Part shown: positions 48,716 to 62,300 of the stretch, in pieces
Layout: the number at the start of each line of letters is the position of its first letter
Numbering within the stretch: the stretch's first letter is position 1
NCBI GenBank assembly: GCA_030141605.1
Contig: JAQGDQ010000045.1
Coordinates: forward strand, 1-64,000
Direction of reading: 5' to 3'
Source of the DNA: Tubiluchus corallicola
Lineage: Eukaryota > Animalia > Priapulida
Length of the DNA stretch: 64,000 bases
Translations under genes and position numbers: made by a program
The notes under the pieces: generated by a model
What the model was told of the DNA's origin: nothing
The model's database searches: none
What the model saw: the letters and a program-made list of their open reading frames with translations, nothing else

Positions 48716-49809
48716 ATTTTTTGGCAAGTTAAAGCGGAGCACTTCAAAAAGGTTGGTTTATGCTTTTATTTCAAGTCTTTAAACATTTTTAGTTTTAAGA
48801 TGTTTGTTTTATGCAAGCTTATTTCAAATGCAATATCACAATGCTCTCAAGTTTAAAAAGAGAAATGAACATAGTGGCAGAAGCATCAGACTTCTAGAAT
48901 GCACATTTCTCATTAGTGTAGGCCCTCAGTAGCTCATGAATATGCATAATTTGAATATAAAGATAACAAATCATTTCAGGTAGATAACAACAGACATTTT
49001 ATTACAATATTGTTATTTTGTTCATTAAGACCATTTGACAAAGTGTGAGTGATAAGTATACAGACCAAGTATACAGATGTTGTTCAAGACGTGAATCTTA
49101 GGCTCAAACTGAAATCAACGTCATTTGTAAAACATTTTAATTGACAACAACTAGGCTTATCGACGAGTACCTGTGTCGATTTAACATGGGAAAATGTATC
49201 TTCTTGCCATATGAATTACAGTAAAAGTTGTCCCGTTTTCAGTTCTTCATTATTATTAACACGACTAATGAATGACCCAAATTAAGACCACATACTATAG
49301 GCTAAGTATAGCTGAATACAAAAAATACAACAGCCTACTAAAATTGCCAATGCGTTGCTATTATTATTATATCATAAAAACATAGTGTGTAATAACAAAA
49401 TCTGCCTGCCCAAAAAGTTCAGATACAATGGTGAGTACAGTTACAGTGGATTGCAATTCCGTAACAATAGACAATTTATATGTTGGTAACCGCCACACCA
49501 AATGTACACTTGTGGTGTGTTAGTAATGGATCACAACGTAGGAACAAAAGCTGAGGAAGTGCTATAGAGTCTACTGTAGCAACGCAGAACCTTGTTTGTT
49601 TCGAACTGCAGTTTTTACTCTTACGTAACAGAAACCATTTCTTAACAAAATATTGAAATGCAGAAATCAAAACATGTGGTTTTTCTCGCTTGTAACTAGC
49701 CATTATTATAATATTAGAGGCATACACGGTAAAAACAACTGAGATACTTTGACCATTTAATAATTAGATATAACTAATAAATTTTTAAACATTTTTGAAA
49801 ATGACAGCG

Positions 49810-49883
49810 TTTCGTGAACAACTAAATGGAAAAAAATTTGTTTCATGAACAACTAAATGAAAAAAATTTGTTTCGTGAACAAC
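49810..49883. repeat. About 30-bp tandem repeat, about 2.5 copies
   Basis: TTTC(G/A)TGAACAACTAAATG(G)AAAAAAATTTG repeated. Confidence 0.85.
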
Positions 49884-52800
49884 AAAATAATATAAAAATG
49901 TTAAAAGCTGATAAAATTAAAGGAATTACAAGAACTTTGAAAAAGTGACAATTAAAAAAAGTTTTGAGTAAATTTTTTTAATAAAAGACTAATTTCAGTT
50001 ATTTAGGGCACCAGACAAGTTTGTTTATACTTACTACATATGCTCTAGTTGTTACCCATTTCTAATGGAATCTTGTTAATTTACATAATTACATGCAAAA
50101 CGGTATACAAGTCTTATAATAAACTGATGGTGTAGTATGTGAAATGTAATATGCAATATGCAATTAAAAATACCTCTGATCCATATTTACAACTTGGACT
50201 ATACACATCAAATTTACAAATACAGTGTTCCTTATAACTGTATGATATAAAACCTTTATTAACAACAACAAAACAACAACATCAACAAAAGTGATTAAAA
50301 ACCAACCTGGCCTTGAAAACACTCCATGCGGGGTCTCTCTATACAAGTGAGACCAGAATACTTTCTATTAGGCTGTATATAACGTGATACATAAAATAAA
50401 TGCAGCAGAAGTGCCACCTATTGGCATTTACTCATAATTTCTTAGCACAAATAAGTTATATCAGAATTATACTAGTCTACATGTTCTGGCAGCCACAATC
50501 GTTGTGGAAACTGCAGTGAGTAAAATGGTTTAAAACATAGCTTACAACTAGCTGTTATAATATGCAGCACACAAATCATATCCAAAGCAAAACTATGCTG
50601 AACCAGTGGCCAAATTTTGTTAAACAAAGCAAGGAAATGAACATGAAAAGGTTTCCCATATTACTAAAAAGGCAGACTTCTATATGACCATTAATAAACC
50701 TTTCTTCAAGAGCTCAAAAACTATAATACAAGCAACATCACAGTAGCAAAATGATACATAATTATTTAAATTTCAGTATGCCGGAGACTATTCGGCATAT
50801 GCATTCATGATGTTAACAATAAATAACTATTTACAATAACCTAAGGAGCTGCACAATAGTCATAACAACAGCGGACATTGAATGGATAGGCTTGTCCCAT
50901 AATTCTACATCACAGATCATTCAGTTCCTGTCCAAAATGCCACTGACCAACATCTAGATAATAGTTACTAAAAATAACATCCTATATGCCTGTGTCTATT
51001 AAAAAAAGCTTTCAGACTGATCAATGTGTAGCAGAAGATACACGAGGACATGGCTTAGGAGTACAGGGGAGAAATGGCCGCAAGTAGTGCCACAGTGTAA
51101 AGTGATGTAGTAGTAGTAGAAGTATTACAAAAGCAGTTCAAAAATCGTAAGTTATCATTAGTGAAACGAAAACCAAAAATTATTGCTTCTCAACAAATTT
51201 TTTCTAGCATCTAGGTACACAAATTTCTGCCAAGCTGAAATCTACAAACCATCACAAAAAATAATTCACGAAATTTATTTAAGAGTTATAAAAACTGTTT
51301 TCTATATCTAGGTTTGAGAAATATAACTGTGCAATACTACATGCACATCAGCTAACTTTTCAGTATTTATAAAAAAACTATCTTACTGAAATGATGCTAA
51401 TTTTTGTATATGCAGTCTCTAAAATGCGGTTAAAGGACTAGCAGAAGCATTAATTAAATAACTGGAGTCAGTGTAGTAATCCAAGAAATGCAGTTTGACA
51501 CATCAGTGCGCTATATTTACAGCCTACGTTTCATAATGTATGCAACACTAGCGTCAAGATTCTGCAACTATCATAAAGGAGAGTTTGGATGGTTGTCCCT
51601 TTTTATACTCCCTAAGCGTGTGAAATGCCAAGACTGTATTAAAAAAATACTAAGCTAACACGGCTAAAAAACAATAAAATTAGGTAAGACAAAAACAGTT
51701 TCAACTATTTAACAGAACATTAGCACAGAAAATAATGCCACTAATTGCAGCTACAGTCCATTTTCAAGCAAAGTTAATGATAAGCTGCGTGAGATGTGTG
51801 GACAGCAATTTTGCAGTTAAAAGAGACAGCTGTTCACCCTCTGAGAAGTGAATTTAACAAGCGTACACTTTTAGGATGTTAACTGTCCTGAGAAGTCGAC
51901 CCACATTCTTGCTTCGCAAAGATGGAAGCCTAAATTGAGCCTAAAAGAGTAGAGATATTACTTTCTAATAATAAATCGAGGTTAAAGAGCACATATCTCA
52001 CAACACAGCTGTTACAGACTAAAGAAAAACAGAAGCGATATAATAACCAAAGGATGCTATCTTTATTTCGGTATTTGTGACTAGTAAGTGGCATTCTTTT
52101 CCCAGTTTTTCCTTTGCATATTTTGAGCAAGTACAGTGCTCCATTTAAATTTTTCAACACCATACTGCAATTTGGTTCAAAACACATTTGTGAAGATTTC
52201 ACCATGGCAGTAAATAAATTTGCAAACTATGTGCTAGATATAACCCTGTGCGGCTGCATTATTAGACCCTAAACAGTAATTCAAGACCAAATACCGAAAA
52301 AAATCTCCAGATTTTGTCGTTTATAATGCTGTGCCTGTTTGAAGAGCTGGTTATCAAATTAACTCCGTTTCTGAGAAGTAATAATTACGACAGGGATTTC
52401 CACATGGTCCAAACAATAATTGAAGTTATCATTCATTAAGGAAAGCTTTAATTTAGCTACTTAATCACCTCATAAAGAAAAATGGCTATATTGGCTGATA
52501 TAACTAATCCTACACTTTCAAAGCATCCTAAATATACCGGTACAGATACATATGCTAAAACTGGCACAGCAAGATGAGACAAACTTCAATTTCATAATCA
52601 AAAGCGATTCTCTGAAAAATAATGAACAGTAACAAAAGGAGGCAAATGACAAAAGGGGTGCTTTTGTACACTACTTTCCAGGACATTAAGTGCACTCGCT
52701 GTGATCCCTATACTAGTTACTGTTAAGAATGTCTCGACATACTCTACAAACAAGAAAGGTTACCCGACTTAGACATGGTCGTAATATGTGTATTCCTGGG

Positions 52801-52914
52801 TACATTCAGAGGTAGTTATGGAACTGTACTAGTTGTAAATGGCAGTCGTTGTACATACAATGTTACATATAAACTATTCATACAATTAGTAGAAACCCCT
52901 AATAGGCATCTATG

Positions 52915-53415
52915 TCACATATCACTGAATGTGGTATCTGTAGTACCTGGAGCGTCAGGCGCTGACCAGCGTCTCTTTCTTGTTGCAGCTGGCTTCCTTG
53001 TTTCAGACTGCTCAATAAATAAGGCTCGGCGAGCACTTTCTGCTTGTGTAGACGTGCTTATGTCTTCAGGTGTGCGATGAGTTTCAACAGTTTGTACCTG
53101 TATACTCGTCATGCACGATGTTGTTGGAGATGATGGACCTGGAACGCTCCTGGGTATCCGCCACTCGGTTGCAGTAGTAGCAGTACACGTAGTAGTAACA
53201 ACAGGACTAGGTGGAGGTAGTGTTTGACGTGAATATTGCTGTCGTGCAATGGCAGCTTGGTGCACGTCTTTGTGAGTTAGAGAGATACACACATCTCCAA
53301 CAGAAAGTCTATGACATTGGAGGCCATAACGCTGCAATGTTCGCTCTGGAGAACACGATGACCATCCTTGGCCAAATACAAAAAATGGATGTTCTATAGC
53401 GGCATCAACGGTCAC
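52915..53415 (-). CDS. ATXN1: Ataxin-1 family protein, terminal coding exon (C-terminal half of AXH domain and RKRRWSAP motif)
   Basis: TTGCAG|VTVDAAIEHPFFVFGQGWSSCSPERTLQRYGLQCHRLSVGDVCISL...ATRKRRWSAPDAPGTTDTTFSDM*. Confidence 0.94.
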   Translation of the reverse strand: MTVDAAIEHPFFVFGQGWSSCSPERTLQRYGLQCHRLSVGDVCISLTHKDVHQAAIARQQYSRQTLPPPSPVVTTTCTATTATEWRIPRSVPGPSSPTTSCMTSIQVQTVETHRTPEDISTSTQAESARRALFIEQSETRKPAATRKRRWSAPDAPGTTDTTFSDM

Positions 53416-53977
53416 CTGCAAGGAAACAAATCTTACTTCAGTAAACGTATTACCCAGGCATGTTCATGCTCAATACCTATAGTAAAAAAAGGTGTTATGT
53501 AGTCTCACACATTACACATGATAAAGGGAGCAACGGTTTAACTATTGATTAACTACCTCTTCATAATTATTTAGTTAATTATAGTTTATAGGAATTAACC
53601 AGTTTACCATCACAATTAAGTGACAAAAACACAAGTAGGGAAAATGTCCTCTATCACACTGAAGCCATAAGAGGTCATTAATACAACTTTAAAGCAAGGA
53701 AGGTTAGTCGTTTTTACTGCCCTCGTGGTATAATGAAATATCTCATTTTACTTCATTGATTTAATCACTCATTCAACTGTGATATAAATAAAGTTCTAAC
53801 AATACCATTCTTTGACACACTGAGTGCAACGATAAACAAATAATGTAGAAAAGATTATTTACATATCTAAAATGTAATTGGAACTTTGCAAGATTATTAC
53901 CAATAATGGAATGAATTCACATTTATTAAATTTTTGAAACTAAACTCGACCAAAAAAATTGAAATTTGAAAAATTCA

Positions 53978-54050
53978 GGATGGGACCTGCATTTGAACCA
54001 GAGACTTTGGGATTACGAGTCAAATGCCATGACCACTAGATCACACAACC
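53978..54050 (-). pseudogene. tRNA-derived remnant (tRNA-Thr(CGT)-like; SINE head or tRNA pseudogene)
   Basis: Minus strand GGTTGTGTGATCTAGTGGTCATGGCATTTGACTCGTAATCCCAAAGTCTCTGGTTCAAATGCAGGTCCCATCC has A-box-like TGATCTAGTGG, anticodon loop CTCGTAA and B-box-like GGTTCAAATGC, but several stem mismatches. Confidence 0.6.
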
Positions 54051-54263
54051 TCTGTGAGCAAAGCAGATTTTAATTCAAACCAATCAAATCAACATTTGCA
54101 AGAGTTATTTTATTCGTACTAGAGAAATTACTGAGTAATTTAATTTTTACTCTGTGAAGTTCAATAATTGTAAAAATTATATGAAATGCAATTATGCAAA
54201 CACTTAGATATTACCGTGTATAAAATAATGCTCATATATCCAGTTGTATATATTACTGCTTAC

Positions 54264-55552
54264 CTGCACTCGATGCTCTCCAACAGAGAAACTAATAACT
54301 GATATGCCCCGCTGAGGACTCTCGTCTATGCGTACCACAGTACTTGAGTCAACTTTTAGATCGGGACTTATCTCTGCACTGCCTACAAAGTCTTCAGTCC
54401 TCAAATCTTCTACCCGTTTTAATTCACCATTGGCTAACTGTATAATAGAGCCCTTCATAAAGTGGGCAGGGTAGTGTAGTTGTGCAGATGCAGGTCGCAC
54501 TGATTGTTCTAATCTTGGCGTAACACTACGTGCAGACGAAGAACTACTTTTTGAACGCTTAGGCGAGGATGCTTCAGCTTCACCACGTGGCTCGGCTGAC
54601 AATGCAGAGTCCCGAATAGCAATATCAGGAGGGCGAGTCAATATACGGTGCTTGAGACTTCCCTCCTTACCCGTAGGCACTTTGTAGCTCGAAGAAGAAT
54701 CGACCGACGACGGAGACGGCGAATGCCTATGCCTAGAGAGTCGACTCCCTTCCTGTTTACCCTGAGGAGATGCGAGAAATTCACCGGGCGATTGCTGCTC
54801 AGGGTAGGGAGCAGAACGGGGCAAAGGGGGTTCGGTACGTGACAATTCATGATGAGGCAAAGGGGGTTCTGAGTGCAGTTCATGGCGAGGCTGACTATGT
54901 TCGGAACGCTGCAAGGGTTGTTCGGGAACTGGTCCTATATATGGCGGCATTGGTACACGAGGTAGATGCGACTGTGCATGTGCTGCATGTGCGCCCATGC
55001 TGTGCAACACAGCTGAATATGAATCAATAGAAGGCATATATGAGCGAGGAGAGAGTAAAGCGCCTGAATAGCCATGTGGAAATTGATGTCCAGCAGGATA
55101 AAATGCCGAGTATGGTGAACTCGTGGGTTGCAGAAAATGAGAGGGGGTAGTCGGAGATGAGGTATATCCGGGAGAAAACAAGCGTGGTTGTGGTCCACCG
55201 GGTACATATTCGCTTCCTGTTACTGGAGGCCTAAATAATGTCCCAGTTCCAGTTTGCAACATCGGATGAGGCTGATGTGGTGGGTGTGGCAACTCGGTGG
55301 GGACACCACCCGATCGATGTCGGGGTGGGCCTTGCCCTGTTCTGCTGACATCTGTTAACCAGTCGAGTCTGTCATTTCCAGTAGTTCTGCTCCCTGTCAT
55401 GTTAGCCGGCGGACGATCTTGCCGGCTCATCGGTTTGTGATCGTCAGGCGAACCATCCGTAGGATTAACTTTCCGCTGGATTCCATCAGGCGTGTCCCCA
55501 AAACTCACGAATGGACCATGAACACTATCTGCATAACTCACAGAATATTTAC
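54264..55552 (-). CDS. ATXN1: Ataxin-1 family protein, large coding exon (Pro/Ser/His-rich region plus N-terminal half of AXH domain); upstream exon(s) not identified
   Basis: Acceptor TTTTCTAG| at 55553; open frame to ...LHYPAHFMKGSIIQLANGELKRVEDLRTEDFVGSAEISPDLKVDSSTVVRI...VGEHRVQ|GTAAGC, typical AXH sequence. Confidence 0.93.
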
Positions 55553-55829
55553 CTAGAAAACAATTAAAAACAGGGTGACCGAAAGCAGTAACAATAATTT
55601 TTCATTACCCAGACTCAGGAAGACAACAAAATCCACTAAAAGAAACAGAGAAGAGAACAAAAATGGTGAGCAAAGTTATGCTTGTTCCCCAATATTACAT
55701 AAAGCCTTGTTTACCTCTACCGAGAAGATACAAGATACGTCCTGGAGACTTGTGGCTCTTCTTAATCTGTTTCATACCTTTGATGACTCTGTCCACTTGT
55801 ACTCGCGTTTACACTACATGTAAACGTTG

Positions 55830-56074
55830 GACTTACTTTTGCCTCTGTTTCATTAAAAACACACTGTCCGGGGCCCCAGACTTACTTTTGCCTCTGTTTC
55901 ATTAAAAACACACTGTCCGGGGCCCCAGACTTACTTTTGCCCATGTTTCATTAAAAACACACTGTCCGGGGCCCCAGACTTGCTTTTGCCCACGTTTCAT
56001 TAAAAACACACTGTCCAGGGCCCCAGACTTACTTTTGCCCAGGTTTCATTAAAAACACACTGTCCGGGGCCCCA
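55830..56074. repeat. Minisatellite, 5 copies of a 49-bp unit
   Basis: GACTTACTTTTGCC(TCT/CAT/CAC/CAG)GTTTCATTAAAAACACACTGTCCGGGGCCCCA starting at 55830, 55879, 55928, 55977 and 56026. Confidence 0.95.
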
Positions 56075-59000
56075 CTTTCACCCGGGCCCCAGATACGGGA
56101 CAGGTAAGTGTCTTATTTACATTACAAATAAATGAGAATCCTGCCTAAGGACACCTTCTGAGACAACATATGGGAGGTAGTCACGGAAAGTTCAGTACCT
56201 GCACTGAATGTTTACATTACATCTGTATCCAAAAAGTTCCCAATGGGTAGAGTCCGTTACGTAATTTTTGCCTAGTAAAAACAGGGTTTATAATTCATTT
56301 ATCATTATGTATTAGTGACTTGAACGGAAATCATATACACTGGCTATTAGGCTTGAGTAAGAATGGCATCACGATTCAAAAATATTATCAAATAATCAAG
56401 AAACAGAAACATAACTGAATCAGTTATAAGAATTCTAATATAATAGCAGGTAGCTCTGATGGTATCAGTTTCTTCAGCAATTTCTAATGGTCGCACTAAA
56501 CGTGCAAAAACATCCAGAGCCCCTAAGCTAGTTTCAACACTCATTAATTATTATTTCAACCCTCAGTGAATTTTGATCAATAATTTACAACTGTTTACTC
56601 TGGCGCGCAAATCAGACAGCGAGCGGCTGATATTCGAGAAACCGCAGAGAAATGCAACAGACGATTGCTACTGAATGAAGAAAACGAAGAACACAGAATT
56701 GATTAAAAGAAAGACAGGGAAATAATGCAGGGAAACCTTTACACATGTGCAATATAGAATAATTATTTTTGCCGGCCGGGATCAGACACATGGACGATGA
56801 GCAAATGCCTCATGAGCTGATTCTAAATTGGACAAAAAGACTGTAACTTCTCTAAATGTCAGAAAACACAATCTACTCATTCATACATGATATCATACAA
56901 CAGAAATGGCCAGCAAATATATAATCACACAGACATGCACAAAAGTCGCTTTTTGCACATCAAAATTTTATTAAACCCGTCTCAAAAATACCACATATGC
57001 AACACACACAATTAGGTGCACAACTAGATGTCGATGTGTGCAGAGAATTACATGTTTCTCTAGGTAAAGTTGCTTAGCCTGGGAATAGAAGCCTTCTTAG
57101 AAAAAATTGTGTATTTGAGTTCGATATGTGTACTGTGACAACCCTTGTCACATATAATATGATATAAAATTTTCTAAAAATAAAAAATGTTAAAATACTC
57201 TGCAAAAGGGCAAGAATAATCTCCTTGCACCTACTCATTGAAGGGGATTTGTATGTGGGCTGTTTTTGTTCAAATATACCGGGAACCTTTTGACTTCCCT
57301 ATCCGCCCCTGATCAGGCCAGCCGCGCCCGATCGTGTCACATTAAAAAGTTTAATGTTCAAGTCTTTACAGTGCATAAAGAACAGTAAAGATGTGGATAA
57401 ATTAAATTTACCTCGTACTGCTAATACTGCTAATTTACTAATTAATTAATGTAATTCAGCCTGCTATTCGAACAAGAAATTCACAGTACACTTTAACCAT
57501 TTAACCTATCTTACTATAAAAATCCAAAACGTAAGGCTTCCCATTTGAATGCGTTAGAATAAATAACAGCCCTCAAAATAAGATTCGTAGGTTTGAAGGG
57601 CAATTATGTTCTTCGTTCAAAAAATAGCTTTCCCTGAAACTGCTAAAATACATGTACAATATGTGGATGGAAAGCAATAATAATATAATTCTTTAGACTT
57701 TTGCAAGAGTTTTGCTGCAGTAATAAAATTATCATTCGTCTTTTTGCAGAATTTTTCCCGCATAAGCGCACGTGACTAAGAAGTTCATGCAAAACATCCA
57801 AGTTTCACATTTTCCAAATTATAAACTGCACGACACCTGGCCAGAGCAAGCACAAGCACTCAAGCCAGTCAGGATGTGTTCCAGTCAGATTTTAAAAGTC
57901 CAGGTGCGCCCTAAATTCAACCGCATGAGCTCTGAAGATACGCTGGTAGAGAAACATGGGAGCACCTCTTATCCGCTACTTGAACTCTGAGAGCAAATGT
58001 CCTAAAACACACAAGAAGTAGCTTGCTTCGAACACAATCTAGTCATTACCCGTCTTGTAATTAATGATTAGATATTTCAACTCTACAAAACCTAAGGATG
58101 TGCTCACAGCTATCCGATTACGGCTCCAACCCTACAAAAAATCAGGGTGTGATCTTTTCTGCTATGAATAGAGATGAACACGTCTTTATGTTAACCGGCT
58201 GCTACGACAGGTTGTACTCTTGTCTAAGTCACATCCATTTTTATTTGACAATTACAGCACCACCTTAAGTGCACGTACGCCTTAAATTTCAGGCGTTTTC
58301 ATACATTCATTTCAACACTGATCTGTAGTGATTGGTAAACCTGACGAATTTTTTAGTTATACGCAAAAATATAAATGAAATGACTGGAAAATTAAAAACA
58401 GTCGTGTGGTTAGAGCTACCAGTAAAGCAACTGTACTGTACTAATTTAAGCTGTTTAGCATGTTAAAGGGGTGTGCGAGACAGATTGTTCGACAGGCACA
58501 CAGCACACACACACACAACACGCACGCACGCACGCACACATACATACACCTATATATGTGTGTATGTAAGCCTGCAAAAAGCTCTGAAGCTATTGCCAAA
58601 GTCTAGATAATCGACTGATGACACACATTCTTTAAAAAATAAATGCAATTAGTTTTGTTAATTTGTTAAGCAGGCATTCGAAACAAATCAGCAAGCAAAA
58701 TGCCACTGCCTGTTAAATTTTCTTTAAAAATTTCTACTGCCTATTAAATTTCCTATTAAAATTTAAAATTAAACATGAAAATTTACAGCGAAAAGAATTG
58801 GTGGCAAAAATACAACAATATCTTTTTATCTTTTTACACTCTTCAAATATTTTATCAAACCAGAAATAAAATTCAACTATGTCTACATTACTACCTATTT
58901 CTCTCAGTATGCCGAATTCAGGTATATTAAATTCGGAATCTCTGTCGGCGCGGCATATGGCTGCCTAGGTTGAATGATCTCACGTGTTTATTTATGCCGA

Positions 59001-59301
59001 GTTCCACATACCAGACGAACGAAACACCAGCAGCCTATGGTTATAACTACAAAGCCAGCTGACGATAACCATAACATCGCTTTGGTTATATACGCATAAA
59101 CTAGAGTACACATTATAGTACACACGCGCACACTGTCGATAAGCACATATACAACGTATACACATACTAGAGTGAAGGACTCCGTTCAGCTAGACTTTTT
59201 ACTAACAAGAATTCAGTTACATCATAAAACAAATAAATAAACAAACAAACAAAATTGAATAATTTATAATAATTCAGTAAAGCCAAAATGAAGTAAAATC
59301 G

Positions 59302-59359
59302 TAGTAGAACTGTTAGGCGTATTGTCAAATTAGTAGAACTGTTAGGCGTATTGTCAAAT
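59302..59359. repeat. 29-bp perfect tandem duplication
   Basis: TAGTAGAACTGTTAGGCGTATTGTCAAAT twice. Confidence 0.9.
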
Positions 59360-62300
59360 ATGATTCCTATATTTATCTTCGAGTGCGAACGGCATGAGGG
59401 AAGGAGAGAATTTTTCTGGCACAGGAATGTCAGTGGAAGATTTGTTCTAAAATGTAATTTTCTTGTGCGCATATTATGTCAGATGCATGCTCAATGTCCA
59501 AAGTTTAAATAGACTTCTAGCAATATAAGAGAGAACATGCTTTCATACTTTGCAAATAAATTTGCAAGCAAGTTAGTTTTCCAAACGTAGATTTCACGCA
59601 ACCACTGGTAAATTTTGGTTGCAACCACTTGTTAATTTTGAGGTACATGTCTAGTAACGACTATTACAAAAGGCTATATTTATTTATTATTTTATTTCAT
59701 TTTATTTTACTTTATTTTATTTTAGTTTTAAATCAATACATGAAGCACTATGTAAAACAAATAGGAGATGCAGTATATGAGGATCAATTCTACCGAAGTA
59801 GAAGCTACAATCGCAAACGTATGTAACCTACATCATAAGCACTATTTATTATAATAGCTGTTACTGTTTCTCACAAGGCCTAGCCGCTTATTATACAGAA
59901 ATGTGTACACTTGTGTACTGAATACAGGTAACAGGGAATAGTGCAAGACACGAATTGATAACCTATAGTTTATAGCACATTAACACTTGCGTGAGAGGAT
60001 AAATTAGGTGTGTCATGCAACTGTAAGTAAGTGCAAACACGTGGTGCAGAAGTTTACAATATAGCGTGCTGCTCATTTATAATGCTCATCAAATAAACTA
60101 TTTGTTGGCGTCAATTAACCTGTTTACTGTATGGCTGTTTAATGAAATCCATTCGGACGCAATTAGCTCGTCCGGCAGGGTGTAATTTCAGCCAATATTT
60201 GTCATTAATGCGGTCGCCCGACTGGTCACTGCTGCAGTTGGAGAGAAAGCTCATAGTCATAGGGTCAACAACACGCTCTCAAGCTGGGCAGCTGCATTTT
60301 TCTGCAATCATAAATGAAGACCCCGAGAAACCCACACACGCACGCGCAATAACACGCATCAGATCCAGTAAACAACTAGGAAGGACTGACCAGCCACTAA
60401 TAACTATTAATCTGCACAGAAAGCAGGGCCGAAGCTCCCTTTCCTTATTAACAATAACGTTTAACTAAACAATCTCAGCATGGGTGGTATATATTGGCTA
60501 CAGTCGATCAATCGAAACTAAATATCACTACTGGCCAATGACCTATGCTCCCGTTCAAGTGATTAAATTATTTCCCATTAACTTGTAGGAGAACCTATGT
60601 AATATGCCGAGAGGTGGAGCAGTTATGGGTGTCCACACAGAGCAGTGCATATTATCAGTGCATATTATCATATTTGTTATCAGCTAGAATAGATCTGGCA
60701 ACCTAGTAGACTACGCCACTAGGGGAAGTTTTTGCTATCTAATCAGCCAATTTTACTAGTTTTTCTCAATTTTCGCCACAAGTTTTTAACATCTATACGC
60801 TTACTTCCTACTTCGCGCAAAACGTTTGTTTTCAGTAGCGTCTAGTAAGACAATGAGTAACAATTAAATTAACTTAAGCAATCTCTAGCACTGAATTTGA
60901 ATGAGTTCGATTGAAAAGAGCCAACAAAATGACGATGGAATCAATTCTTGGTAAAAAATGAGTACACAGAATCAGCACTTACATCGTAAATATATCGTAA
61001 ATAAATATAAAGAAACAGTATACTAACGAATGCTATAAGCGTACCAAAACACGTCTAACATCGCACAATGAAAAGTCCACTAGTGTAGTCATACAAAGTT
61101 ATAATATGGTTGCCAAAAAGGAACGATAACGTAAAAAATATACTATTATTCTTATGGCATTATGATTCTTATGATCTTATGAAGTCATAATACAGAAATT
61201 GACTTGTGAATAATGTCATAGAAATATTGTTATACAGTACTTCTACTGTACTGTCTCTTTTGAAACACCCTCTATATTTCAGAAAAAGTTACAACAAAAA
61301 AGCACTTCGTAAAGTATAGGATATATGCAGTTATGCACATTGATAGAGTGAAAGTGCCCTGGTAAAAGTGCTCATGACAAACTGTAATTGATGAACGAGT
61401 CACAGATATTTTCTCGAAAACCTTTTTTACGAGATAATCATAGTTTAGATGCAGTATAAAATCTCCAAGCTATGCAGACAGACTTTAAGTTGGTGTTATA
61501 ATCATAAGAAATTATTTCAAATTAGAATGTATGGTACCTGTAATTTCAAATGTTTTAAAAAATTTCCATCGATGGAGGATGTTAAGGCGTCCAAACTAGC
61601 GAAGATTCCTCTGTTGGTTCAGTGTCTGATAATTTTAACACGAAAGGTTTGCCTCGCCACAACCATTACCACAATCGTTAAGTAGCTAGATGTCTACTAT
61701 CCTATGACTGAGAAGAAAATTGAGAAGAATAAAAATCAATATTTAAATTTAAAGTTTCAACCATTTCAGAAACGCGCTTCTAATAATGTCCTTCAGACTT
61801 GAAGGGAGATTTGGTTGTTTAAAAAAACGTTTGTAGGTTGTATTTGTTTATAATGAATAATGAAATTTGAAAATCTTTTTATCGAGAAATATATAACGCT
61901 AATAATTTGAAACTTTTGGATCACATGTTTAAAAAATCCATTAATTAAACTAACGTAAATCTAATCACATTATAAATTTGAAGTACCTAGGAGTTAGGGT
62001 GGCCTTTTTGAAATATGCTTTAGCCTATAAGCTAAAAATTGCCTTTCATTTATTGATAAGAATATTTCAAGAATAAATGAAATGCAATTTTTGCTGCTTG
62101 TTTTAACACAATTGTTTGTCATATACTGATACTTGCTTAACTTATTAAAAAATTATTCTAGTTAGATCAAGCAGCTAAAAACTATTAAACACAGGCATTC
62201 CACCCTACTCTCCACCCAAAAGGAGACATCAGGTCAACAAACCTGAATCCAAATATTAGTGAAGATCACGGTATTACTTGGGCGGCCCATATCTTAGCGG

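Noticed and set aside
48404-48856. 150-aa ORF
   Set aside because: Lies across a degenerate GGAGTCGG-type MITE; no domain or splice support.
53978-54050. Functional tRNA gene
   Set aside because: Multiple mismatches in acceptor, anticodon and T stems; treated as a remnant.
54638-55207. Overlapping ORFs inside the ataxin-1 exon
   Set aside because: Shadow frames of a GC-rich coding exon.
55830-56074. Possible CRISPR array
   Set aside because: Contiguous near-identical units with no unique spacers, no cas genes, eukaryotic context.
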